The position numbers and the translations under genes were made by a program. The notes beneath the pieces are model-generated. The model was not told the origin of the DNA. It did no database searches and worked only from the letters and a program-made list of their open reading frames with translations. A stretch of DNA of 64,000 nucleotides from Candidatus Fimicola merdigallinarum. GTDB lineage: Bacteria; Bacillota; Clostridia; Lachnospirales; Anaerotignaceae. The first letter of the stretch is position 1. The number at the start of each line of letters is the position of its first letter. The stretch is taken from positions 1,351-65,350 of the forward strand of contig JADIMX010000078.1 in NCBI GenBank assembly GCA_017694425.1, written 5' to 3'. This document shows positions 17,890 through 27,600 of this stretch, piece after piece.

Positions 17890-20547
17890 ATGAAAAGATT
17901 TTTATCTTTAGCATTAGCTGCAGCTATGACACTTAGCTTAGTGCCAGTTTCAGCTTTCGCTTCAAGCTACAACAGAATTTCTAAAGTTGTAACAGTAGAA
18001 AAAGATGATGTAATTACTGAATCAAAAGCTCCAAGCGTTGTTATCAATGACGAAAACGGAGACCTTGCAAGAGAACTTTCAAAAACAAATGGTTCTGTTG
18101 AATTCGAACTCGTACTTAACGGTGCTGAGTGGGACGATATGGAAAAAGAAGTTACAGTTGATTCAACAGCTACTACATTAGTAAAAGTTTCTGAATTTGA
18201 CGGTTCAAAAGAGGCAGATACAAAAGCAAGTGCTAGAGTTGCAGGAGCAGATATTGTTGCAACAACTGTAGAAGGAACAGTAAATAAAAAAATAACACCT
18301 GTAGATGTAACTGTTAAATTAACAGATGATACACTTGCAGCAGAACTTACAAAGGGTACAAATGTATCAACTTGGTTTAAAAATTTACCAGCAGGTTTAG
18401 TAGCAGAAGTTAAAACAACTGCAAACAAAGGTGCAGCTGAAGTTGCTGTAACAATATCAGGAACACCAACAGAGAAAGCTGATGCTGTAAAAATTCCAGT
18501 TAAAGTTCCAGAAACTGCATTAACAGGTGCAGCTGAACTTACAACAACAAATGTTGTTACATTTAATATTGCTGAAGCAACACAGATACCACCAACTACA
18601 CCAGGTGGCGGAGATGAAGAACAGACTCCAGCAGAAACTCCAGTTACAATCAAAAAATTAACATCAACAAGAGCTTTAGTAACTGTAAAAGGTACACCAG
18701 CAGCAAAAGAAGGTGGAGAATTAGTTATCAATCTTGCAGGTGTTAAAGTAACTGATTCAAGAGCTACTGTAACAATCAACCCTAAAGAATCACCAGTATC
18801 AGCTGATACATTCACATTTGCTAAATCAGTAGATGGTGGTACAATCGTTAGCGTTGAAGGTACAAAGAACTTCTCAGGTGCTGAAACAATGAAACCTATC
18901 TTCATTGAAGAAGTTACAGATGGTACATTCAAAGCTGGCGAGAAAATGACACTTAAACTTAACAGCGGATTCAAATTCGTTGGTAAACCAACTGTAGAAG
19001 TAGTTTCAGGTGACCTTGCTATCAAAAGCCCTACAGTAACAGCTCAGGACGAAAGAACAATTGAAATCGTTCTTGACAATACAGCTAAATCAAAAAAAGC
19101 ATCTATGATTAAAATCACAGGAATCAAAATCGATGAAGACGGTGCTGATTTCGAAGACGTTGCTGAAATCACAGTAAGAGGCGACAATGTAGATAAAACA
19201 ACAGTAGAAATGGGTAAATACATTGACTGGGGTGTAAAAGTTTCTGCAGAAGACAAAACACTTCCTACAATTTACTCAGGTGCTAAAGACGACGAAAAAG
19301 ATCAGGAAACACTTAAGTTAACACTTAAAGAAACAGCTGCTAATTCTTGGTTAACAAACAGAAAAACAACATTAACATTCCCAGAAGGCGTTAAAGTAAC
19401 TGATGTAACTGTTGATACAAACAAAAATATGACAGTTGCTGATTCAGACTTCGATATCGACGGAAATGTTATCACATTACCAGCTGGTGTTGCTGAAATC
19501 ACAGACAAATCTAAAAAAGCTGAATTAGGTCTTATCTTCAACGTAGAAGTTGCTCCAGACTTCACAGGTGACATCACAGTTGAAGTTGGTGGCCCAGCTC
19601 TTGGTGCTACATCAAAAGTAACTTTAGCTAAAGCTGTTGCTCCTATCACAGTTGAAGCTGAAAAAACATCAGTTGCTATCGACTACAGAAATGTAGAAGT
19701 TGCTGACATTATCGTTAAAGAAGCTGAAGCTGGACTTTGGGAGAAAAAACAGACAATTATTCTTTCAGCTGAAAATATGGAATTCGAAAAAGGTATTAAA
19801 GCTGAAATCGTTGAGGGTGACGGAGAAATCAAGAAACTTGACGTAAACAAAGGCTTAATCACAATCACAATCGATTCTGAAAGCTCAAAAACACCTATGA
19901 CAATCAAACTTACAGATGCTTCTCTCTACTTAGACAGAACATTACCAGCTGGTGACTACGCTCTTAGCTTAGTTAAAGGTGATGGCGCTCTTATGTTTGA
20001 AACATACAACGGAGAAGACGGTAACGACCCATCAAACGACAAAGAATTCGGTTTCGACGTTGATGAAGTTGTTATGGTTAAAGATTACGTAACAGTTGCT
20101 ACAGCTGGTCGTGACCAGGGTACAACATTCACAACAAACGTAGTTGTAACAATCGACTCTGACAAAATGATAGTTGATGGTCAGGAAGTTGCTCTTGACG
20201 TTCCTGCTTTCCTTTCAGCAGACGGTAGAACAATGCTTCCAGTAAGAGCCGTAACAGAAGCTCTTTCAGACCCATCAAATACACAGCCAGTTGACTGGAT
20301 TGCTGGTAACCCAGGAACAATTATGATTTACTACGGAGACAAAACAGTTTCTATGACACTTGGTTCAACAACAATGTACATCAACGGTACTCCAGTGCCA
20401 ATGACAACTGCTCCAGTTATCGTTAACGATAGAGCATTCCTTCCAATGAGAGACCTTGGACGTGCTCTTGGTCTTAGCGACAACCAGATTGAATGGGATG
20501 CTACAGCTAGAACAGCTACATTCAACCCAGTTGCTGAAGCTAAATAA
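17890..20547 (+). CDS. Candidate S-layer / major cell-surface protein with C-terminal copper-amine-oxidase-N-like wall-binding repeats
   Basis: 885 aa. Very strong RBS AAGAGGAGG. Signal peptide MKRFLSLALAAAMTLSLVPVSAFA. Highly restricted codon choice; composition is rich in Thr, Val, Ala and Lys with no Cys. C-terminal repeats DGRTMLPVRAVTEAL and DRAFLPMRDLGRALGL. A strong terminator follows. Confidence 0.75.
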   Translation: MKRFLSLALAAAMTLSLVPVSAFASSYNRISKVVTVEKDDVITESKAPSVVINDENGDLARELSKTNGSVEFELVLNGAEWDDMEKEVTVDSTATTLVKVSEFDGSKEADTKASARVAGADIVATTVEGTVNKKITPVDVTVKLTDDTLAAELTKGTNVSTWFKNLPAGLVAEVKTTANKGAAEVAVTISGTPTEKADAVKIPVKVPETALTGAAELTTTNVVTFNIAEATQIPPTTPGGGDEEQTPAETPVTIKKLTSTRALVTVKGTPAAKEGGELVINLAGVKVTDSRATVTINPKESPVSADTFTFAKSVDGGTIVSVEGTKNFSGAETMKPIFIEEVTDGTFKAGEKMTLKLNSGFKFVGKPTVEVVSGDLAIKSPTVTAQDERTIEIVLDNTAKSKKASMIKITGIKIDEDGADFEDVAEITVRGDNVDKTTVEMGKYIDWGVKVSAEDKTLPTIYSGAKDDEKDQETLKLTLKETAANSWLTNRKTTLTFPEGVKVTDVTVDTNKNMTVADSDFDIDGNVITLPAGVAEITDKSKKAELGLIFNVEVAPDFTGDITVEVGGPALGATSKVTLAKAVAPITVEAEKTSVAIDYRNVEVADIIVKEAEAGLWEKKQTIILSAENMEFEKGIKAEIVEGDGEIKKLDVNKGLITITIDSESSKTPMTIKLTDASLYLDRTLPAGDYALSLVKGDGALMFETYNGEDGNDPSNDKEFGFDVDEVVMVKDYVTVATAGRDQGTTFTTNVVVTIDSDKMIVDGQEVALDVPAFLSADGRTMLPVRAVTEALSDPSNTQPVDWIAGNPGTIMIYYGDKTVSMTLGSTTMYINGTPVPMTTAPVIVNDRAFLPMRDLGRALGLSDNQIEWDATARTATFNPVAEAK

Positions 20548-20613
20548 TTAACATTAAATACAACAACTGATATTCACATTCCGGCAGAAATAAACGAATA
20601 TTAGATTTTGATA

Positions 20614-20646
20614 GGAAAGCTCCCCAAGGGGAGCTTTCTTTTTTTG
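20614..20646 (+). terminator. Rho-independent terminator
   Basis: GAAAGCTCCCC/GGGGAGCTTTC 11-bp stem followed by T8. Confidence 0.9.
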
Positions 20647-21208
20647 TGCTTTTAAAGGGTTTAGAGGTTAGATAAAGTGCTTGCATAATGTTTGAGGAGT
20701 ATTTGAGGAGTGTTTGCGGAGAGGGATATATTAAAGTTTACCCGATTTTTATAAATATATTGAGTATTTTGAGTGTAATGTGGGTGTGTGGTGTGGTTTT
20801 TGTGTGGGTTGTATTTATAGTTTTAGTGGATACTCATTTAAAGTAAAGAGTGTAGGGGTAAGGGTTCTAGGTTGTTTTTGTATATTAATTAAATGGGAAG
20901 TTTTAAAATCCCTTAAGTTGATTAGTTTAGTAGTATTATAGATATAAGGCTTGTGATAATTATTTCTTATGTGTTTTAGATTATTTTACTTTTGCTTTTA
21001 TAGTTTGGAGTTTACATAAAATTTATTAGATTATTTTATCTTTGGATATTGCCGACTGGAGGGGGTAAGTATAATCCTTTACTAATCTTACAAAAACATT
21101 ACAATATTATAAATGTTGTTAAAAATAAAATAGTTTTATTGTATAATTAAATATATATTGAAAGACTTATGCACGTTTATTCGTATAATTATAAAAGGGG
21201 GAATTTCT

Positions 21209-21928
21209 ATGAAATTTAAGTCTGCGATTTTTGGATTTATTGCCGGTGCAGTTACAGTTGCTACACTTGGAACGGCTATCGGTGCTGATACTGTTGTTGT
21301 AGGTACATTAAAACCTAATATAAGTTTTAAAATTGACGGGGAGATTAAAAAAGCTCCACACAGTATGACACCTATAAACTACAATGGTTATACTTATGTG
21401 CCAGTTAGATATATATCTGAAATGCTTGGCTGTAATGTTGACTGGAATGCTTATGGGGATATGGTAATTGTAGATTTCCCTGAGGACAGAATCAAAGAGG
21501 TTGTAAGGGAAGTTGAAAAAATCGTATATGTAGATAGTAGTGATAAAGTTGACGGTACTGTTTACAAAACACTTCCAGTTAGATTAGTTACTTCTGACGC
21601 TGAGATAAATGTTACAGGCATTACAAGAGATGATGTTTTAAATACTACAAAGGTAATGCTTAAGGTTAAAAATACTGAAAGCGAAAACAGAAATATACAG
21701 CTTGACCAAGACAGATGTGTTCTTATTGCTGACGGTAAGGAGTATAATTTAACTGAAAGAGTATCTTATACTGATAGTAGATGGTACAACAACATAAGAA
21801 GTGATAAGGAAGTTGAGGGTTACCTTACATTCGACCTTGTGCCAGAAGATGTAAAAGAATTTACATTAAAACTTGTAACTACAAAGAATGGAAAAAGTAC
21901 AACAAGTACTATTAATTTTATTAAATAA
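21209..21928 (+). CDS. Membrane-anchored/secreted protein with an N-terminal copper-amine-oxidase-N-like repeat and a beta-rich C-terminal domain (DUF4352-like)
   Basis: ATG at 21209 behind AAAGGGGGA. Hydrophobic N-terminus. NGYTYVPVRYISEMLG motif. Confidence 0.6.
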   Translation: MKFKSAIFGFIAGAVTVATLGTAIGADTVVVGTLKPNISFKIDGEIKKAPHSMTPINYNGYTYVPVRYISEMLGCNVDWNAYGDMVIVDFPEDRIKEVVREVEKIVYVDSSDKVDGTVYKTLPVRLVTSDAEINVTGITRDDVLNTTKVMLKVKNTESENRNIQLDQDRCVLIADGKEYNLTERVSYTDSRWYNNIRSDKEVEGYLTFDLVPEDVKEFTLKLVTTKNGKSTTSTINFIK

Positions 21929-21943
21929 TTTTTTAGAAAAGAG

Positions 21944-23074
21944 ATGAATTTATTAATGAAAAGAGGCTTTTTTAATTTAAAAGGAATTGTTTCTTGTTTA
22001 GTTGTTGCAGGACTTATGACATCAACTGTTTTTGGTGCTGAAAGTAAAGGTGGCGAAGTTAGAGTTATAACTTACGAGGAGGCAATAGACCTTGCCACAA
22101 AGGAAAACTCAAGCTTAAAAGAAATAGCGGATACATTAGATTACATAAACGATACAAAAGAGCTTATGTTCTCTGGTACAAATTATCCAATGCTCCCTGA
22201 TGACGGTAGCAACTATCTTGTTACAGCAGCTAGATTTCAGCGATTAAGTGCTGTAAATAGTCTTACTACACAGCAGAAAAATTTACGTCTTACAAAAGAG
22301 GTTACTGACCTTTCCATAAAAGCAGGGGTTAAAGGTGAAATGACAACTATCACTACCTTTGAAAACAATTATGACCTTGCAAAAGAGGGCTTAGACCTTG
22401 CAGTACAACAGCTTTCACAGAAAAGCACAATGTACCGTCTTGGAATGATAAGCAAAGTTGACTATGACAAGGCTGTTAAAGATGTGGAAAGTCAGAGAGA
22501 ACAGCTTAAACAGTTGGAAATGACTATCGAGCAGGAGTATAATTCTTTAAGAAAGCTTCTTGGACTTAATGAAGACGAAAAAATTCAGATAGAGTACAAT
22601 GTGGAGTATGAACCTGTTGAAACTGTGACAGATATGGCATCTTTCGTAAATACAAAGGTTAAAACTGACCTTGCACTTAGAATTGAGGAAGAAAACGTTA
22701 AATCTGCATCTTTTGGACTTAATCTTTTTGTAGATACAGGCAACGGAACAGATTACGATAGACAGGAGCTTGATGTTAAATCAGCTGAGAGAAAATACAA
22801 AAACAATGTTTTAGCTAAAGAAAATAGTATTATAAATGCTTATATTGGATTACAGAATACAGAAACTGAAAGAAAAGTTTTAGAGAATAATCTTGCGCAG
22901 GCAAAAGCTGACCTTGAAACAGCAAGAATTAATTACGAGGTTGGCAATATAACAAAATTACAGTATGATAGTGCAAATATGGCTGTTAAGCAGGCTGAGT
23001 TTGCTATTGAGCAGAACACTTTAACTCACGATATAAATAAGTTTATGCTTGATAATACTTGCCTTCTTCAGTAA
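21944..23074 (+). CDS. TolC-like (outer membrane efflux protein family) protein
   Basis: Signal-like N-terminus. ITYEEAIDLATKENSSLKEIA opening and two coiled-coil repeats with the Y..G.I..L.Y pattern (YRLGMISKVDYD, YEVGNITKLQYD), typical of OEP family repeats. Confidence 0.6.
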   Translation: MNLLMKRGFFNLKGIVSCLVVAGLMTSTVFGAESKGGEVRVITYEEAIDLATKENSSLKEIADTLDYINDTKELMFSGTNYPMLPDDGSNYLVTAARFQRLSAVNSLTTQQKNLRLTKEVTDLSIKAGVKGEMTTITTFENNYDLAKEGLDLAVQQLSQKSTMYRLGMISKVDYDKAVKDVESQREQLKQLEMTIEQEYNSLRKLLGLNEDEKIQIEYNVEYEPVETVTDMASFVNTKVKTDLALRIEEENVKSASFGLNLFVDTGNGTDYDRQELDVKSAERKYKNNVLAKENSIINAYIGLQNTETERKVLENNLAQAKADLETARINYEVGNITKLQYDSANMAVKQAEFAIEQNTLTHDINKFMLDNTCLLQ

Positions 23075-23129
23075 TGTGAATAAAATCACTTTTTTGGAAA
23101 ATAATATTTCCAAAGGAGTGATTTTTTTT

Positions 23130-24587
23130 ATGGCGAAAAATCTTTCAGAAAGTTTAGATAGGAATATTGAGTATATACGATATGTGTTTTCTGACTGCGA
23201 AGATATAGTTTACAGGGAGTTTTTTGCAGGCTGTAAAATGTGCCTTGTGTATATAGATAACATTATAAATAATACTTCCATAGAGGAGTCTATACTCACA
23301 AACCTTATGAATAGGTCGGATATGTGGGGTGACGGTAACGAGTTTATCGAAAAAAGCATATCTGAGGTTATATCTGTAAAAGACGGTAAGAAGATTTATA
23401 CCTTTGATGATGTGTTTAATGCCATTCTTTCCGGCGATACAGTTATACTCTGTGATGATGCTAACGTGGGCATACAGGCATCAACAAGGGGATACCCTAC
23501 AAGGGGCGTTGGTGATGTAAGAACGGAGGTTTCCATACTTGGCTCTAAAGATGCTTTTAACGAGGCTTTAGCTATAAATATCGTTCTTATCAGAAGAAGA
23601 ATAAAAGATTATAGGCTAAAGATGAAAAGAAAGAGTGTGGGTACAAATACAAAGACTGATGTTGGTATTATGTATATGGAGGGTATTGTAAATAAAAATG
23701 TCCTTAAAAGTATAGAGAGAAGTATAGAAAATATAGATATTGACGGTATTTACGATAGTGGCTATATGGAACAGCTTATGGAGAAAAATGTTTTAAGCCC
23801 ATTCCCGCAGATACAGATTACAGAAAGACCGGATAAGGTTGCCTCATCACTTATGGACGGACGAGTTGCAGTTGTGGTGGATAATTCACCTTTTGTAATA
23901 CTTTTGCCAGCACCTTTAAATGAGTTTTTTCAGTCGGCTGATGATTATTACGAGCGTTGGGAGATAATGAGCTTTCTTAGATTTCTAAGGTATGTAGGCT
24001 GTTTTTTAGCTATTGCTCTTTCGGGACTTTTTATAGCTTTTGCTGTCTATAATCCATCAATGTTGCCGGTTTCATTGGCACTTAAAATTGCCGGAAGTAG
24101 GCAGAATATACCTTTCCCAACAGCAACAGAGATTATAGTAATGGAGATAGCCTTTGAGCTTTTAGTTGAGGCAGGTATAAGACTTCCGTCGCCGGTAAGC
24201 TCCACCATAGGTATTGCTGGAGGTATAATAATCGGTCAGGCAGCAGTTGAAGCAGGTATAGTAAGTCCGGTTATAATAATAATTACTGCTCTTACAGCTA
24301 TATGTACCTATGTTGTGCCTAATACATCTGTCACAGCCGGTATAAGAATATTTAAGTATATAGTCATATTGCTTTCGGCGTTTTTAGGGCTTTTCGGCTT
24401 TTGGGTAGGAATACTTCTACTACTTATTCATCTTTCAAATATGGAAACTTTCGGCGTGCCTTATCTTTATCCTTTCTGCTCCGGCTCACAAAATGGCTAT
24501 AGCGATTTAAAGGATAGTATATTTAGATTTCCTATATTTAGTATGAAGAAAAGACCGGTATATGCCGATAGAGAGGAGGAGAAGTAA
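23130..24587 (+). CDS. Spore germination receptor subunit A (GerA/GerKA family)
   Basis: Contains ITERPDKVASSLMDGRVAVVVDNSPFVILLPA and C-terminal TM helices. ATG behind AAAGGAG. Confidence 0.85.
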   Translation: MAKNLSESLDRNIEYIRYVFSDCEDIVYREFFAGCKMCLVYIDNIINNTSIEESILTNLMNRSDMWGDGNEFIEKSISEVISVKDGKKIYTFDDVFNAILSGDTVILCDDANVGIQASTRGYPTRGVGDVRTEVSILGSKDAFNEALAINIVLIRRRIKDYRLKMKRKSVGTNTKTDVGIMYMEGIVNKNVLKSIERSIENIDIDGIYDSGYMEQLMEKNVLSPFPQIQITERPDKVASSLMDGRVAVVVDNSPFVILLPAPLNEFFQSADDYYERWEIMSFLRFLRYVGCFLAIALSGLFIAFAVYNPSMLPVSLALKIAGSRQNIPFPTATEIIVMEIAFELLVEAGIRLPSPVSSTIGIAGGIIIGQAAVEAGIVSPVIIIITALTAICTYVVPNTSVTAGIRIFKYIVILLSAFLGLFGFWVGILLLLIHLSNMETFGVPYLYPFCSGSQNGYSDLKDSIFRFPIFSMKKRPVYADREEEK

Positions 24588-25658
24588 ATGTTTTCTTCTA
24601 ATAATAAAATATCGGTGCGACAGTTACAGGTTTTTATAATATTGAATGGTATTGCTGTTGCACTTACATTACTTCCAAGATTTTTGGCAAATACTGTGGG
24701 AAACTTCGGTTTTTTAATGATACTTATTTCAGGGATTTTGGTAGCCTTTTTCGTGTCGGCTGTGCTGTCTGTCTTTAATAGAGTTGGAGAACGTGATTTT
24801 AAAGGTGTAATTGAGTATGCTTTCGGCGAGAAAGTGGGAAAGGTTTTGTGCTTTATTATATCTTTAAAAATGGTTATTTCCGGTGGGCTTATGCTTAGGA
24901 TACTTTGCGAGGTTATAAGGGAAACGGCACTTTTTAAAACCCATATAAGTATAACAGCATTAATTATAATTGGTCTTTGTGTATATGGCTTAAAAGGTGG
25001 AGTTGAGGGCTTTTCTAGGCTTTGCGAAGTTATATTTATAACATCTCTTGTACCTATTTTAATTGTGTTTATATCGGCTATAAAGGATACAGACTACACT
25101 AATATATTACCTATATTTGATTTTAGGGATAGTAGCTTGTTGTATGGATTTATTGTAAGTCTTTCGGTTTTCTTTGGTGTGGAAAATGTGTTTTTCCAGT
25201 ATAGCTATGTAAATAGGAAACGGGGAACGAGTAGTGTATTTTTGGCTATTTTGGTGCTTTCCATATGTGCCTCAGTATCCTACTTTTTTACAGTCACAAG
25301 GTTTGGTCATATTACCGCAGGTCTTAGAACTTTTCCTACTATAACAATGCTTGATACTATTGAAATTGCAGGGGCATTCATAGAAAGACAGTTTGTATTT
25401 GTAATATGGGCAGTTATATCCTCATCTTTTGTGTTTATAAACTCATCACTTGTTTTTAGTCAGGGAGTTAAAAGGGATTTGAAAAGTACTGTATTTTTCT
25501 CTGTAATTCTATTTGCTACTTGCCTTTTACCTACAAGTTTATCACAGGCCTTAAGTTGGTTTTTCGGTGTTAATATTTTCGGTGGCGTATTTTCGGTTAT
25601 AATTTTGCCCCTTATACTTTGTGGCTATATTCTTTTGAAAGGGGGTAGGGAAAGTTGA
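24588..25658 (+). CDS. Spore germination receptor subunit B (GerAB-type permease)
   Basis: N-terminal KISVRQLQVF motif and about 10 TM helices. Start abuts the upstream stop (TAAATG). Confidence 0.8.
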   Translation: MFSSNNKISVRQLQVFIILNGIAVALTLLPRFLANTVGNFGFLMILISGILVAFFVSAVLSVFNRVGERDFKGVIEYAFGEKVGKVLCFIISLKMVISGGLMLRILCEVIRETALFKTHISITALIIIGLCVYGLKGGVEGFSRLCEVIFITSLVPILIVFISAIKDTDYTNILPIFDFRDSSLLYGFIVSLSVFFGVENVFFQYSYVNRKRGTSSVFLAILVLSICASVSYFFTVTRFGHITAGLRTFPTITMLDTIEIAGAFIERQFVFVIWAVISSSFVFINSSLVFSQGVKRDLKSTVFFSVILFATCLLPTSLSQALSWFFGVNIFGGVFSVIILPLILCGYILLKGGRES

Positions 25659-26716
25659 GAAAAGTTTTTATATTGTGTGTATTTTGCTGTATTTTTCTTT
25701 CTGGCTGTATGGATAAAACTGAAGCAGAGGATAGGGGCTATGTAATAACTGTGGGAGTTGATATGGGGGAAAATGAGAGATACGATATATCTTTTGTTAC
25801 TGCTGACCTTTCCGGTGACGGTAGCGATATAAAAGGTAAGGTTATAAATGTTTCGGCAGATAGCATTGTGGAGGCATTGAAAAAAGGAGATAGTAATACA
25901 AATAAACTTTTATATTTGGGACAGCTTAAAACTGTTGTTTTAGGTGAAAGCATTTTAGGTGATAGTGAGGGGCTTTATGAATTTTTAAGTCAGCTTGAAA
26001 ATAATAGAGATGTGAGTATAAAAACTATAATGCTTGGAACGGAGAAGAAAGCATCAGAGGTTACGAAAGAAATATCGGAAAAGGAATTTTCGGCTGGGGT
26101 ATATATATATGATTTTTATAAAAATTCGGCTGAAAAGACTGCTTTTACGGAAAAAATGGAGCTTGAAAACTTTATATCAAGTATAAGGGAAAATAAGAGC
26201 GTTACAGTGCCCCTAATAGATTTTAATGATGACGATATAAAGATAGAGGGGGCAATTATTGTAGGTGAAAATGGAGTTAGTAGGAAGATTGAAGATAAAG
26301 ATGTTATGAGCGATATATGGCTTAAAAATAAGGGTGAGGGAGCTGTTATCGTAAATGAGGAGGGAGATACACTATCTATACTTGATAACTACTGTAAGTA
26401 TAAGTTTTATGAGAAAGATGGAAAGCTTTTTTGCGATATAAATATAACTGGGCGAGGTAGTACGGATAGCCTTTATAATGGTGGAAATACTGGGGATTTA
26501 GAGGGCTATTTTGAGAATGTTATGGAGGAAGATATAGAAAGTTATATAAACCTTTTGCAGAAAGATTTAAAACTTGACCCACTTGGCTTTTCCAGAAAAC
26601 TTAGGAAATATAAAAATAATCTTTATTATAAGTACGGTGAGGATAATTCCTTTTATAATATGAATTTCAATATTAATTGCGATATAAAAATAAAAAGTAT
26701 TGGAATGGGTGGTTAA
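25655..26716 (+). CDS. Spore germination receptor subunit C (Ger(x)C lipoprotein)
   Basis: Lipobox FLSGCM. The AEDRGYVITVGVD opening is typical of GerAC family. 4-nt overlap with the B subunit gene. Confidence 0.8.
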   Translation: MRKVFILCVFCCIFLSGCMDKTEAEDRGYVITVGVDMGENERYDISFVTADLSGDGSDIKGKVINVSADSIVEALKKGDSNTNKLLYLGQLKTVVLGESILGDSEGLYEFLSQLENNRDVSIKTIMLGTEKKASEVTKEISEKEFSAGVYIYDFYKNSAEKTAFTEKMELENFISSIRENKSVTVPLIDFNDDDIKIEGAIIVGENGVSRKIEDKDVMSDIWLKNKGEGAVIVNEEGDTLSILDNYCKYKFYEKDGKLFCDINITGRGSTDSLYNGGNTGDLEGYFENVMEEDIESYINLLQKDLKLDPLGFSRKLRKYKNNLYYKYGEDNSFYNMNFNINCDIKIKSIGMGG

Positions 26717-26764
26717 TGTATAAAAATATTTTCTGTGTCAATAATTCCTATTGAGGTGATAAAG

Positions 26765-27472
26765 GTGGGAAATATTTATAATACATTTAAGAAAATATGG
26801 ATTAGAGAGGGGAAATATATAGCGGTATCATTATTATTAGGTTTTGTTATAGCTTTAAGTTTTGCAATTATATCTTCTTATAGATATAGCGAAAGAATTC
26901 AAAGTGATATTGCAAAAAAGGTGGTTCGTTTTCACGTTTTAGCTAATAGCAACTCCCCTTATGATATAGATTTAAAATATAAAGTAAGAGATGCAGTTAT
27001 TGAATATACAAAGAATTTTAAAGATTATAAAGATAGAGAAGAATTTATTGGGATTTTAAGTGAAAATATTGATAATATAAAAAATATTGCCGACAATACT
27101 TTAGCTATGAATAACAGTAATTATAAAACTAAGGTGTTTTTAAGTAACGATATATTTCCTTATAAGGAGTATGGCAGTGTTTCTTTTCCGGCAGGAGAAT
27201 ATTTAGGTCTTAGGATAGAAATAGGCGAGGGCAAAGGCGATAATTGGTGGTGCGTTATGTTTCCGTCTATGTGCTTTACAGATGAAAGTTGTCAAAGTGT
27301 GGAAGATGAGGGACTAGAAAATTTAAAAGATACACTTGATTTTGAGGAGTACAGTATAATTACTTCTAGAGATAGCGAAAACGTAACTCCTAAAATGAAG
27401 TTTAAGGTTGTTGAAATGTGGCAAGAGAGGAAATATAGTAGTGATGACTTTGTTACAAACAGTGATAAGTAA
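26765..27472 (+). CDS. spoIIR: Stage II sporulation protein R
   Basis: Contains VRFHVLANSNSPYDIDLKYKVRDAV and GDNWWCVMFPSMCF motifs. The start is uncertain: GTG at 26765 behind GAGGTG, or GTG at 26735. Confidence 0.8.
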   Translation: MGNIYNTFKKIWIREGKYIAVSLLLGFVIALSFAIISSYRYSERIQSDIAKKVVRFHVLANSNSPYDIDLKYKVRDAVIEYTKNFKDYKDREEFIGILSENIDNIKNIADNTLAMNNSNYKTKVFLSNDIFPYKEYGSVSFPAGEYLGLRIEIGEGKGDNWWCVMFPSMCFTDESCQSVEDEGLENLKDTLDFEEYSIITSRDSENVTPKMKFKVVEMWQERKYSSDDFVTNSDK

Positions 27473-27600
27473 ATATATATTTATATTTTTATCTAATTCT
27501 GTTGTCAAGAGATACCCAAGTGAATATAATTAAAATAATGGTTTTGAATTTCCATTTGAAAGTTATAGATTTTTTAATATAGAGAAAAGAGGGGATTCTT

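Noticed and set aside
17967-19025. A 352-aa antisense ORF inside the S-layer gene, plus further antisense ORFs at 19044-19907.
   Set aside because: These are an artefact of the extremely biased codon usage of the sense gene, which avoids the codons that would create antisense stops. The product is low-complexity Ser/Thr/Val-rich and no translation signals are present.
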